The notes beneath the pieces were generated by a model. The model made no database searches. It was not told the origin of the DNA and was given only the letters and a program-made list of their open reading frames with translations. A program made the translations under genes and the position numbers. From Octopus vulgaris (lineage: Eukaryota), in contig OX597814.1 in assembly GCA_951406725.2 (NCBI GenBank), positions 134,230,001 to 134,294,000 of the forward strand: DNA of 64,000 nucleotides, given 5' to 3'. This document shows, piece by piece, positions 30,087 to 42,961 of the stretch; position 1 is the first letter of the stretch; each line of letters begins with the position of its first letter.

Positions 30087-30321
30087 TTCAGGTTATAAAT
30101 GTCAGGCGAAGCTACATATCAAGCAGGGCACATATCAAAGTTAATGCTTCTATGCTAGTGAGCAAGCGGATTAACATGCAAATAAACCCTCTAAAAGAAG
30201 TTAAGTACTACCGCGATTATCGTTAATTATAAATCAAGATAATTTGCCAGAGTGTTTGGTGTTGCCGACAAAATATGCAAATTCACATACAAAATTAAAA
30301 TTGACAACTACATTAATATAT

Positions 30322-30538
30322 ATTAGTTTCGATTTTTGGTGCAAGCCCATTAATTTCCGGAGAGGGCTTAAGTCAATTACATAGACCCCAGCGCTCAACT
30401 GGTACTTATTTTGTCGATCCCGAAAGGATGAAAAGCAAAGTCGACCTCAGTGGAATTTGAACTCAGAACGTAATGACGGACGAAAAGCCGCTAAGCATTT
30501 TTCTGGTGAGGTAACAATTCTGCCAACTCGCCGCCTTT
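30322..30538 (-). mobile_element. SINE family A, full length
   Basis: Matches the consensus from head (CTCGCCGCC) to tail. Confidence 0.85.
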
Positions 30539-30727
30539 CACATTAACCTATATTACGATGAACAAATGTACATTATTTCGTTTTTATGTTTGGTTTGCGA
30601 GATTATTGATGTGAACCCGTGTGTTGAAACAAATTTTGTTATCTCTCAGGACGGTCATTATGCCAATTATAAATGCACACAGTGGTTTTATTTCACTTCT
30701 TTTATTACTATTACGAGTTAATTGTTA

Positions 30728-30848
30728 AGGCGGTGAGCTGGCAGAATCGTTAGCACGCCGAGCAGAATGCTTAGGGATATTTCTTTACATTCTGAGTTCA
30801 AACTCCTCCCCCAAAATCGCTGACCTTGTGCCAAAATTTGAAACCATT
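30728..30848 (+). mobile_element. SINE family A, internally deleted
   Basis: GGCGGTGAGCTGGCAGAATCGTTAGCACGCCG...GAGTTCAAA...CTTGTGCCAAAATTTGAAACC. Confidence 0.8.
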
Positions 30849-32788
30849 ATTAACGAATCGGTTAATCAATTAACTAATCGCTTAGTCGTTCGATCAGTTA
30901 ATCAGTTAGGTTTGTCAACGTCATTTCATCGCTATTCGCGATTTCACCAATGACATGACCTCTCAACTCTTGGTCTGCCTCAGGTCTTTCTATATTTATA
31001 GAGATTCCAGTGAGAGAATATGTGGGAGAGAGAGAGGGATGCATAGCACATTCAAAATATCCAAGCATGCACATGCAGATAAAACCAAGAGGCTGCTTAT
31101 TTCAACTCCTACAACAGCAAATTGCTAAAAATATAATTAACGATTAACAATTATTAATCATAACCTAATCACTTCTTGGCTGTACACTAGAACTTATCCA
31201 CATAAACAAATAATTAAAACTGTTGGGACACTAGTATTATTCGATGTACCTAATTTGATATACATACAAGTCTATAAACTAAAGCAAAAATATTTCATAA
31301 GAGCTATTTAACAACAAACAAAACCGTTAGATTCACTTAAATTTTTTAAATATTTCATTTATTTTTTTATAATTTATTTTCTTTTGTAGTTGCAGTGAAA
31401 TTGCGTCGTGACCGGGTTGTTGTTGGGCGACAAAAATATTGGACATTTCATGAAATCAATTTAAAGTGAATTTGACAGCTTTATATTTTATTAAATAGCT
31501 ATAATGATTACTCCGCTATGCAGTTGCTTCACTTTCAACGGACGATCTCGGATCAAATCAGTTGCTAGGCAAGTACAACTTCGAAATATAAATAAACTTC
31601 TCATTTAAAAATTGAAAACATTGCAAATTATAGCAATAAGCAGTTGCATTGGAACTAATAAGCCATTAGTCATATTCTTGAAGTAATCTAATTGCATTTA
31701 AATATATGATTTTTATTAATTTGTTGTGTATGTATGTACGTACATGCACATAGATATACATATTTATAGTGATATAACACACATAACACACATACAGACA
31801 TATATGCACATATACCAACATACATTCATGCATTTGTTCATTCATACATCCCTTCATTCATTCATTCATGCATACATACATACATGCATACATGTATGCA
31901 TACACGCATACATACACACATGCATACATACAGATATACATACATACATATATACATACATGCCTATATACATGCATGCATTCATATATATATACATGCA
32001 TACATACATACATATATATACATACATGCCATACCTTCTGAATAACAACCAACTACTGTTCACTAATTTATAACCAACTAACATAACAGTTTTTTTCTGA
32101 AATCAACCAATCGCAGCATAATCTGCAGTGTATAATATAATCTACAACCTGTCTACATTATTCAACTAATAAACCGGCCATTGATTGCATATTTGCTAGC
32201 AAAAACCAAAATGAAAGGAAATTGTAGTTATACTTGATGCTACACCTTTTATACAGAATAAAGGACACAATTAGTGAAAGTCAATGCTATGCAGTTTACC
32301 ATGTTTTTTTTTTCCTTACCTGTTATCTAGGGCAATTACAATATCGAGCATACAAATACAGAAACCAAACCAATGTACTTCAACTCAGAATTATACTTTT
32401 AATTTCAATGCGCTAGTTAGTGACAATATTTCCTTATATTCCAGCTCAGTTTAGCATTATATCATAATATAAACATATATAGGTGTAAAATATATTTGAT
32501 AGACGCGATTATAATGTATATATAACTTGGTATGGTGCGTATAAACACTTTGACATTATATATAGTAAATGGTATTGGTAAAACATGCATATGTGCACAT
32601 TTTTTTATAAATAGTGATTTTTCCAGATCATACCTACCTAAAACATCAGACAATGAGTTATATTTTATCTTATTTTATCTTATATTATTTTGTTTTGTTT
32701 TTATTTAGTGCATATTCTTTGTGTAGAGCATATATAATTGAACGTATAGCAGGACATATGCATATCGAAAAATATTTATCAAATGCAA

Positions 32789-32881
<93 letters not shown>

Positions 32882-33244
32882 ATAAGAATGTACCTTCAAA
32901 GCAGCTGGAAAAAATAGTATTCAAATATCAAAGATAGGGGTAAATATAGTAAAAACTTTCGCAAACTATTACTCTGGGTTTCACGTAAACCGCTCATCTG
33001 ATTCAAAGTAACTGACTGTGAAATCTTGCGGCTTCAGTAAAGCACTGCGTGTGTGTTGCTGACGGTGACTTCGAAGTTTCTGCTCGGTTACCTTCGTCAG
33101 TCAATTGAAGGTAACTGAGCTTCAAAACTGCTGCCACTTTTGCTAAAATAAAATTGATACTCTTACCTAAATGTATAGAGTGGGTCCTCCAATATATTTT
33201 TTACTGTTTTGTGTGTGTGTGTGTATGTGTGTGTGTGTGTGCGT

Positions 33245-33279
<35 letters not shown>

Positions 33280-33369
33280 CGTATACTTGAAATTTATAGA
33301 AAAACAAAAGACGAAGACAGGTGTATGAACAACAAGCATGTGTGTTAGTCTAACGCTCGGGTAAGTGAG

Positions 33370-33410
33370 AAAGTCTTTTACATTTCGAGCCTATGCTCTT
33401 CAACAGGAAG
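33370..33410 (-). ncRNA. Degenerate minimal hammerhead-ribozyme-like motif (Penelope-type)
   Basis: Minus strand CTGTTGA-A-GAGC-ATAG-GCTC-GAAA-TGTA-AAAG: core-like CUGxxGA, 4-bp stem II and GAAA, with deviations from the catalytic consensus. Confidence 0.4.
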
Positions 33411-33469
33411 GAACAAGAGAAAATAAACAGAGAGAGAATTTTTTAAAAATTGTGCATTTAGCGAAATTA

Positions 33470-34640
33470 CATACACAAAGCGTTTATTCTTCAAAATATT
33501 CCCTATCATATTCTATTATCTGTTGCCATTGTGGTGCCTGAAGCTCAATTCCATGCTTATACCAATTGGGTGGTTTAGAAGCCAAAAAAACTCCCTACAC
33601 CCCTTTTCAATCTCATTCACATTTTTGTCTGACGACGTGGTAATTTGATGGTGCAAGTCTGAAGTGGGAGGAAGCATTTCCAGCCGTTCAAGTTCCTCCT
33701 GTTTGCGCTTGGTCACATTAGCAGTGTATGTTGCAGAGAGTGCACATCTTCAATTGGCTAATGCCGAGTAGCAAGCTTTCAAAAGTATCAAATACTCGCC
33801 GCATTTGTTGAGCATAAAGGTTAACGATCACAGCATGACCATCTAGGACAAGCACAAAGTGCAACACGTCCTCGATATACTATCAATCGCACAACATGAA
33901 CTTCTGTTCAATCCGCTCTTATTTGACTACAGGTTCTGAAGCCTTGCCGAAATGAAGCCACTCAATTTCCTTATTAATGTTACGAAAATAGATTCATTTT
34001 TCATCCCCAGTTACAAGTCAACGCTAAGAACGAACATCACGAGGATTTACCAGCAGTTATTTGCAAGTGTTCACACATCGTTACCTTTGTCATTGGTTAG
34101 TTCATGTGGAGTTTCCCGACAGTGCCTGTTCGGAAATCTGAGCTTATGGCAGTGTGAATTGATGGTGCTTTGTGAAGGATCAAGTTCTGCTGTCAATGTA
34201 TGAGTGATTGTGCTTGGCTGTTCAACTATATCAAGCAAGGTTTCATTTTCCACAACAGAAGGTCTACCTGACCTTGGTTTATCTTCACGGCTGGTGTCAC
34301 CTTCCTTGAAACGTCTCAAACAGTTTTATGCCACACATTCGCTAACAGTTCCTGGCCTTCCATGTCAATAATTTGTGCTGCCGCTGGCCTTGCACTCAGT
34401 CCATTTTCCCACAGGTAACGTAAAGTGGCTTTAACTGCATCTTTCTCACTGCTCATTATCAAAGTTGTGGAAGAAAGAGTAAACAATTAATGTTTATATG
34501 TTATATATGAAAATAAAGAATGAACAATCCAACAACGAATGAGCAACAACTTATATCAAATTAATGATATAACATGGGGATACAAGTTGCCAAAAATTAT
34601 CAGTGAAAATCCGAAAAAAAAAACTTTTGACTCAGCCCGG
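33470..34640 (-). mobile_element. Defective mariner transposon (same family as 19072-20238); left TIR not seen
   Basis: 'RRFKEGDTSREDKPRSGRP..ETPHELT', 'LPPTSDLHH'; right TIR ...AAAACTTTTGACTCAGCCCGG followed by TA. Confidence 0.85.
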
Positions 34641-34907
34641 TATGTATACTTGAGTCGAAATAGTCACTGATTTCCATATACCGCTAGCAGTGAGATTTGA
34701 ACTGTATGCGGGTACTGGATGTCTGCTACTGAAGAGACGGGGCACGTTGAAATCACGTGATTAGGAAGATTTGGTACCCGTAGCAGACGATTCTCGACTG
34801 CCAGCGATATAGATACTTATACTTTTATGCATCATGCGTCCATATGAAAGGTCATCACAGGGTGGATAATGCAGTGATCGGCGCTCTAACAACACATCCA
34901 CGATAAG

Positions 34908-34975
<68 letters not shown>

Positions 34976-35334
34976 CATATTGAATATTGTATGTTTTGCA
35001 TTGTGTTGATATTGGCTTTTTAAGCCAACCAATGGCAACACAATACCCACTCCATAATATAACCTATAACCTGTTTACAGTATTTGCGTAATAAACTGTC
35101 CATCGATTGTATATTTGCTAATAAAAACAAAATGAATAGAAACAGAATTATAGACACTAAAATCTATATACGTAAGAAAAAAACTGAAAGTGTATGTATT
35201 TTATAAAAACTGGTTTTTCAATCAACCTCAAAAATAACATCGGAAAATGTTTGAATTTAGTTTTTGGTTAGAACATATTTATCAATATACAGTAAATATA
35301 CCTATATATATGTACATTTATGTAAGCTTCTATG

Positions 35335-35392
<58 letters not shown>

Positions 35393-35430
35393 GATATTCA
35401 TTTTCCTTTTTGTATATTTTGTTGACTGTA

Positions 35431-36395
35431 TTAGGTTGTCAAGAAAGTTCTTGCGGTTTTTAACCTTTAAATTCAGATGCACATATCTCGGCTCAAACAA
35501 AACTTTATTAATCGAAATAAACACAATCAGAATCATCACACTTTATCCAACGCGAAACAAGTTTATTTATGCCAGTTGTGTAAAAATCCTGCGTTCTGGT
35601 GGCGATGAAGTCGTTGAAGGCGTGTTTGGCATTATCTTGGTTTTTTAAGCATTTCTCACGCAGGATGTTGTCGAGATGCTTGAAAAAGTGGTAGTCGGTA
35701 GGCGAGAGGTCTAGTGAGTATGGTGGATGAGGAAGAGTTTCGTAGCCCAATTCGTTCAACATCTGCAGGGTCAATTGTGCGACTTGCGGCTGAGCGTTGT
35801 CGTCCAGAAAAATTGATCCTTTTCTATTGACCAATGCTGGCCGTTGTCGGAGTTTCTTATGCATTTCATCCATTTGCTGACAGTTCTCCGCCGTAATGGT
35901 TTCGCTTGGATCCAAAAAGCTGTGATGGATGAGACCGGCTGCAGACCACAAAACAGTCACCATGACCTTTTGGTGCAACTTTGGCTTCGGAAAGTGCCGT
36001 GGAGCTTCATCGACGTCCAACCAGTGAGCTGAGCGTCGCCGGTTGTCGTAAAGAATCCACTTTTCATCGCAAGTCACAATCCGGTCGAGAAACGGGTCGT
36101 TCTTGTTGCGTAAAAGAAGGGAAGATGACACTTCAAAACGGCGTTTTTTTTTATATATTTGGTCGTCGTTCAATTCGTGCGGCACCCATTTCTAGTGTAG
36201 TATACGTTACGTCTAATTTAGAAGCAAGCTCTCGAACAGTTGTGCGTGGATTGCCTTCGACTAAGGCTTTTCGTTGATCGTTGTCAACATCCGATGGCCA
36301 ACCATTACGCTTACCATCTTCAAGACTCTCGTCACCGCAACGAAATTTTTTGAACCACTATTGTGCTGTACGTTCATTAGTGGTATGCATGTATA
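35431..36395 (-). mobile_element. Mariner transposon with a 225-aa D,D34D catalytic domain ORF (35508-36185); N-terminus frameshifted and truncated
   Basis: [26 protein letters not shown] with 34 residues between the second and third D; TA followed by TTAGGTTGTCAAGAAAGTTC terminal repeat. Confidence 0.9.
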
Positions 36396-37799
36396 AAGCC
36401 CAATGTGCCGCAAAGGGAGATTGAACCGACAACCATGTAGCTGCAATGCAAGTTTCTTAACCACAAAGTCATTTTTTCACCTGCTATGTGTGCGTGCGTT
36501 TGTGCGTGCGTATGTATGTATGTATGTATGTATGTATGTATGTATGTATGCATGCATGCATGTATGTATACGTATAAGTATATATAACCTTTTATTATTT
36601 TGAGTAGTGTCCAAATTTATTGTGGTTTCATGCATTTAATCATTTATTGCACTGCTTAACCTTTTTTATAATTTTGATAGTTCTGTCATTTATTTTAATT
36701 TTCTGTTCATAATGGGTGTTTTGTGGGAGGGACGGTCAATGTCAGTTGCTGGTTTTCTTTTGCTTTATTTTTTTTATTTGTTTCCTTTCTTTCCTTTTAC
36801 ATAATGGACTTTTTCTTCCAATTCTGTCAAAAGTCGTGTTTATATTGTTACCCGTTGTTGTTGCTATTGTTGTAATTGTTGTTCCTACATTTTGCTCTTA
36901 CTTTTCGATTAGGATTTATTAATTGGTTTCAAAAAAAAAGATATCTGTTCGCCTTGTTCTCATTTGTATTGTTGTTGGTGATGATGATGAGGAGGAGGAG
37001 GAGAGGAGAGGAAGGAGCAAGAGGAGGAGGATTATAATTATGATTATGATGATGGTGGGTGTAATTATAATAGTTGTTGCTGTGATTTGTTGTTTAATTT
37101 TGTGCACTGAGTGAAGGGGCGAATTTAATTAGTTTCTTCACGATTTTCTCTTTCTTTTGTGACGTTTATTATTCCAAACGCCATTACACTCGCCATCATT
37201 CATCGTCGTCGTCGTCATCGTCGTCATCATCCTCATCGTCATCATCGACAACATATTCACCATCATTATTGGTATTATTACTATTGTTATCGTTGTTATA
37301 TTTTTCCACGCCAATGTTTACGTGTTTTGTAATTGATACTGGGGGGATTGTTGATGTACATTAAGTCTGAAATTCTGTCGCAAAGTGTCATATTGGTGCT
37401 TAGCGTCATATATGGTTATTGTTTGTTTATCCTACGTCAACCCTGATAAAAAAAACCTATGATCAAAGACGCACTAGTCGTAACCATCGCATTGTCTCTT
37501 GTTTACCTAGGAATACATTATCCAATGTGTCTTTACTCCTTTTTATTAAGCTATTAAATGATGATTAGGCTGTTATATCACACAAGTCGAGCAACCACGT
37601 AGGAGATTCACTGTTTTAAGGAAAGGCTGGTTCCCACAAATCTTGTACTTCGACGCTTTAGATCTGGGATTTCATTTCAGACATTATTCATTTCTTTTGT
37701 TTACATTTCTTCAGATTTACGATGCAAGTTGACAATTTCAGAATGATTATATTCAGTAGTTTCTGCTATGTTCGCTGAATATAGAATTGATTCACCCCC

Positions 37800-40250
37800 A
37801 TCTCTTCCTCAGTCAGCACAGTATTCCTCTCCGTCTAATTCACATCATTCATCGCTTTATCAGGCTTTCGTTGCTAATTCGGACAATCGTAATTTTCAGA
37901 GCCTCCCGAGCCGAGAAGTGCACTCTTTAATGTGAATTCGTTCTTTTCATCACAAGTCGATAGAGTTGAACTGCTGCTCGTAGCTCATGGCCAGCTTTGA
38001 ACTGGAAGAAGAAACTATTCGGTTTCTCGTTACCCTACCTTAATTGTACCTAGTGTCAGTGACATTAAGAATAAGATGATTCTTTTTTTATTGTCTATGT
38101 TTCCGCCATTGCAATCCTCGAAGCTGTAACTGGTAGTTTTATGGAAACTGTGACAGCAATGGCCATAACGTTGTAATCATCTCTGCTGCTATCTACCGCC
38201 CTCCATATTTTTTTGTTTTCTTCAAGGCAGTAGCAACACGTAGCAACTGGGCTTTATTATCTCCACCACTAGTTTAACTGGCTTCCTCTATCTTCCCTCA
38301 GTAGGATTATAACTCCAGTATAACTCATAAGACCATCGAGGAAGGTCAGTGCAGGTCATATCCTCACATATCACATGTTCATACTATTGCATAAAGGTGA
38401 CGGCAAACTAATAGATAATGCCCATACCAATATCTCTAACCGTGATCCTCATCTACCTTGAAACCCATGTCCTGATGTACCAGTTATTAGGTAGGTATAG
38501 GTACGTGATAGAGTACCTCTACATGTCTTTTCGCCTTATTGACAAGATGCATGCTTCCATATTCCCACTGTAGTCAAAAAACATACTGAAGAACATCAGC
38601 CAGTGCTGCTTCAAACTCCTCTTTTGAGGTCATAAGGAAACTCCTGCTGTTATTCACAACAATAATAATCCTCAAGATGATGGAATGCAAAAATTAGATT
38701 TCATTATTTTAAGAGAGGGAACTAGGGGTATCAGTTGTTGCTAGTGGGAATTAATGTTGCAGTGGCTGTTGGTGGTGGTGGTGGTCTTTCTGTTGTTTTT
38801 GTTGATGTTGCAGGTCATGTTGTTGGTGATGATGTTGTTGCTATTTGGGCTTTGATGGCCGTTGTTGGTAGATATCTTGGTGTTGGGAGAAGAGAGAGTG
38901 TCCTCTTTTTCTTTCAATGTTGGATAGAGGACTCTTATGTGTGGTGGTCGAAAGGCAACTATGACACTATGACACTTCTACTCTAATGCCTAGAATGATA
39001 CTGCCTAAAAGATGTATCTGATCTAGGACAGCTTCCACAATTTTTCACTGATCTGGATAAGGAGTTCTATTCCCATTCCCATCAGTTCTATTATCTGATC
39101 CGGTAGACTTCGAGGACTTTTGTGCTTTCTTCGATGTCTTACCGTGAACGCAGTATTTAGCCAAGGAATGTCTACTCCTGACGGCACCTACTGGATGCAG
39201 AAGCTTGCCAGTCTCTGGTCTCAGTAGTAAGGGACTAATAAGAGATCCTCGCTTTTCAGGAGTTTGTGGAATGAGTGGTCTCCTCCTCTTTTTCAAATCT
39301 CACTTCCGTTGTCCGAAACTTCTTTCTCGTGAGATATACTCTTTTAAATGCTTCTTTTTTTTGTTTTAGCCGCGGTGGCTCTTTCCACTCTTATTGACTT
39401 TAATCCAACAGTACGGTACGTCCTTGTGCGGCATACGGTATTTTGGATGGTGTCGATCTGAGGGTTGAGGTTGACAGTTTGTCCATGTCGCTTTTGTTGA
39501 TCTCTTTCTCAGAGTCCTTCATTTTTTGGAAAGGGAGCTTGGTGACACTAGCGAGAGACTAGTTGCCTTTATACCAGATTGTTGGTCTGTTCTGTTGTTG
39601 TTGTTGTTATTGTTGCTGTTGTTGTTGTTTTTGCTGCTGTTGTTGTTGTTGTTGTTGTTGCTGCTGCTGCTGCTGCTGATGCTGCTGATGCACATATCTT
39701 TCTTGGAAGTAGCCCTCATTATGTTGATGTTGGTATTTGTCATCTCACACACGGATGACTTCGATTTGTTTACGTTTCTATTGCAGTTGTTATTGTTGTT
39801 GCTGCTGTTCTCGTTGTTGTCGTTGTTGTCATTGCCTTTGTTTGTGTTACAGTAGTTAACAATTCTGTCATTTTCCATATTCACAGTCGCATTATTTAAA
39901 ATAGTATGATTTTGTTGTTTCATTTCAGTCTTGTCTTCGTTCACCATCTTCATTTCACCTTTTGAAAAGGACCTTCTCTTTCTATGTGATGTATTGCTAC
40001 GTCGTCCCTTCTCGCTAGTATCCATGTTGAAGTTTTTGTTAAAAACTTTTCTGTGAAAATCAAAACTGTCGATACCCACCCCTCGTAGGGGTGTCGTATC
40101 AAACCTACAAACCAACATGTGACAAGCATGTCAGGCCCTCTAAATCTTTGTCGAGTTTAAAGCCCGAACAAAAGGTAGAGTCGCTGATAAACAAACAAAA
40201 TAACTAACATTCCAGAGCCGATGTGAAGCCTATCTTCTGCCTCTGAAGTC
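37800..40250 (-). mobile_element. Probable decayed 5' half of an L1/Tx1-type element (Asn-rich ORF1 start, ORF1 core, weak endonuclease-like remnant)
   Basis: The 199-aa low-complexity ORF 39519-40118 continues through frameshifts into TTEVRFEKEE..HST..KSEDLLLVPYY*DQRLAS; many stops downstream; the 5' end abuts (AAT)n at 40252. The family assignment is a recalled resemblance only. Confidence 0.4.
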
Positions 40251-40268
40251 AATAATAATAATGATGAT

Positions 40269-40754
40269 GCAGTGGCTCTCATGGCTTCTCATGTTAACTG
40301 AATGGAAGTGTTATCATGTACATTATTTTGTCTTGGTATAAAAGATGGGCTACAGCAAATATTCTGCTCAATACCACAGATTTGCTTGTCAGGTGTTTGA
40401 CCTTAACCAGTTAGTGGCTGAAGATATGTGCATCTCTGGTCACGAGCAGAAGTAGTGGGGAAGTTTCATAACCATGTGTTGAGAGGAATTTGTGGGGGGA
40501 TAATTCACCTTTAGAAATAATTCACCTTTATTCAGGGACCATTTGAGCGGAATAGGCTACTCGACCTGATGAAAGTTCTAACTGGGCCCCACCTGCAAGG
40601 TTATTCTCTGTTTATCTTGATATGAGATCACCATATCGCACACATATGGTTGTGATGCGTGTGCCCTTATCAGACGGTTAGTCATCATGGGTATACTGGG
40701 CTTCGTATATTTTACCCAAGTGTCATTTTGATGGCATGTACTTCTCTCTCACTT
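40269..40754 (+). mobile_element. (AAT)n-flanked non-coding interspersed element, copy 1
   Basis: High identity to 56632-57070 and 57144-57706; ends CTCTCACTT(AAT)n. Confidence 0.85.
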
Positions 40755-40784
40755 AATAATAATAGTAATAGTAATAATAATAAT

Positions 40785-40871
<87 letters not shown>
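40755..40871. repeat. (AAT)n/(AAC)n microsatellite
   Basis: Directly visible. Confidence 0.95.
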
Positions 40872-42945
40872 TTCTTTATTAACCACAAGGGTTTACATTA
40901 AGAAAAGCATTATGGACAGTACAGGACGAAACAAAGAATGTATGTGTGTTAGTGTGTTGTAAACAAGACTAACAAAATAAAAGGAAAGAAATCAATAATA
41001 AGGAGACGTTCGAGGACTGCTAATGGAAAAACCCTTTAAAAACCATGGGTACCCTGACTTTTAGGGCAAGTTCCCTTTTTCCTTTCCTTTTTTCCAACTA
41101 CAGGCGTATGCTCAGGGCAAGCCCGTTCACTCGCACCATTCTCGCTGCTTTCATCCACATGTCAGCAAACTGGCAAGAAGACAACACTTCCCTCTCTACT
41201 CTTATTTTCCTTTTCGAAGTGAAACTTGAAGAAGTCCATCAGGGATTGGCCAAAGAGAAAATTGTTTGTCTTCAACCCCTTCAATCTCATTCACCATACA
41301 ACCTCTTTCGCCATGGCGAAACCCTCACAACAACACACACACACACACTCACACACATGCATTCTTTGTTTTGTCCTGTACTGTCCATAATGAAAGGTCG
41401 GGCAGAGGTGACTAACGCGTGTATCGCGTCCTTGTCTACTATCGCTTGACCGTTGCGCCTTGACCTGGCCACCGTCTGATTACGCTGGAGAGTATGCTCT
41501 TCCGCTTCTTGTGGAAGGGACGCGTCACGATGGTCAGGTGGCCTACCTGCTGTCAACACCTGCTGCGTGGTAGCTTGGGCTGAAGCTATGACATCTCCAG
41601 TGCTTCCTTGGCGGTGAACAGGTGTGGTCGCCGTTCGCCAGACACGTATATCCGCAGCTAGTTTCTTTCATGGAGCTGCAGTCCTGGGTCAAACAAAAAC
41701 CGAGGGGAGAATTCGGAAAGTGGAATGTCTTCAAGCGCTCACAGCCCTCAGCCAATCGGACACTGCGATAGGTGGAACGTCCACCATAGCTTTTTATAGA
41801 GGATTAGTGGAGGAAAAGTGCGACGACGTTCTTGGGGAGACCTTGGGCGTCGTAGAAGATCAGCTAGCCGCTCTTTTCCGGAGAACTTTCAGCCCCTGGA
41901 ACGATGGATAATTTCCAAAAATATCTGGCTCGGCAGTGCTACCGGGGAGCTTTGTCTGTTCGAGATAAACTTTACGGGCACAGAAGTGTCGTTAGCCGAG
42001 CACGTCCGAGATGCGCGCAAGACGACAAGACGGTCCTGCATGCACTTGTCCTATGCCCGAACATTGCTGTGAGTTTATATCGAACACCTGTTGTCGTCTG
42101 TGGCACAGATCCAACGTGGAAATCGCCCTGCTGCCTTCCTTTAACCGGGAAAGAAAGGCTGTGTTTATATGCCTGGTGACCATACTCGGCCCATTTCTGG
42201 GTGAGAGTAGTCATCCTGCTCGTTACCTCGTCTCAGTTTTTGTCTGTCTGGAGGTCCGGACCAAACCAGACCTCGAGCAATTTAACCGGTCCGTCCAGCA
42301 CCCAACGACGCAATTGGACGACATGTAATTGCTTCTCCAGCGGCCGAGATGCAAGCCCACTGATGTTTCCTGGTTAATCATCGCTTCTGAAACCGCCCCA
42401 TAGTCCCTGAGAGCAATGCCGATCATTTCTATGTGTTTATGATCTGACACCATACGGTAACGTCGTCAGCATGTGCCGACACGCATCTTCCACATCCTTG
42501 GTCACGTGGGATACTTCCTCTCAACACCTCCAATTTGTGTAGTAGTAGCTCGAGAGTCAGTACATACAAGAGAGACGAGAGGGGACACTCTTACCAGACC
42601 GAGCGCATGATGTTGAACGGCTCTGAGAGGTGACTGCTCACTCTGACCTCTGAACAGATGTCGCTGTGCATATATGACCGAAACCAGCTGTCTTGAAGAC
42701 CTCCACCAGGTATAGATGATCGACTCTATCGAAAGCTTTAGACTGATCTAAATTGATCAGGGTTCCACTCGTGCCAGGTTCTTTAGCCACTTTCTCAATG
42801 ATGTATCGCATGGGGTGGAGGTTGTCGTGGATGGATCTTTCCGGGATGGCACATATATGTGCCTCCTTACCAGATCCACGGCGACAAGCGCCAACCTCGT
42901 AGCTAACACCTTGGCCAAAATTTTGAACTCTGCATTCACCAACTT
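40872..42945 (-). mobile_element. Second, older 5'-truncated Tx1-type element with an internal ~800-bp inversion (41385-42183)
   Basis: Minus strand: FKILAKVLA, IHDNLH, LDQSKAFDRV, HADD, KWAE. Plus strand: KGRAEV...MDNFQ..RDKLY..CPN..RKAVFICLV. Minus strand again: MAK..KIRVEREVLSS. 3' end AATAAAGAAA on (TTA)n. Confidence 0.85.
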
Positions 42946-42961
42946 CAGAAAAGGTGTACTG

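Noticed and set aside
34677-34811. Short imperfect inverted repeat (TATACCGCTAGCAGT / ACTGCCAGCGATATA)
   Set aside because: Possibly a small MITE, but single copy here and too degenerate to support.
35508-36185. Domesticated SETMAR-like gene
   Set aside because: No SET domain; the N-terminus is frameshifted and a TIR is retained, so it is a decayed mariner.
40560-40600. CTGATGA/CTGAAGA in the AAT-flanked element as a hammerhead core
   Set aside because: No stem II or GAAA follows, and one copy reads CAGAAGA.
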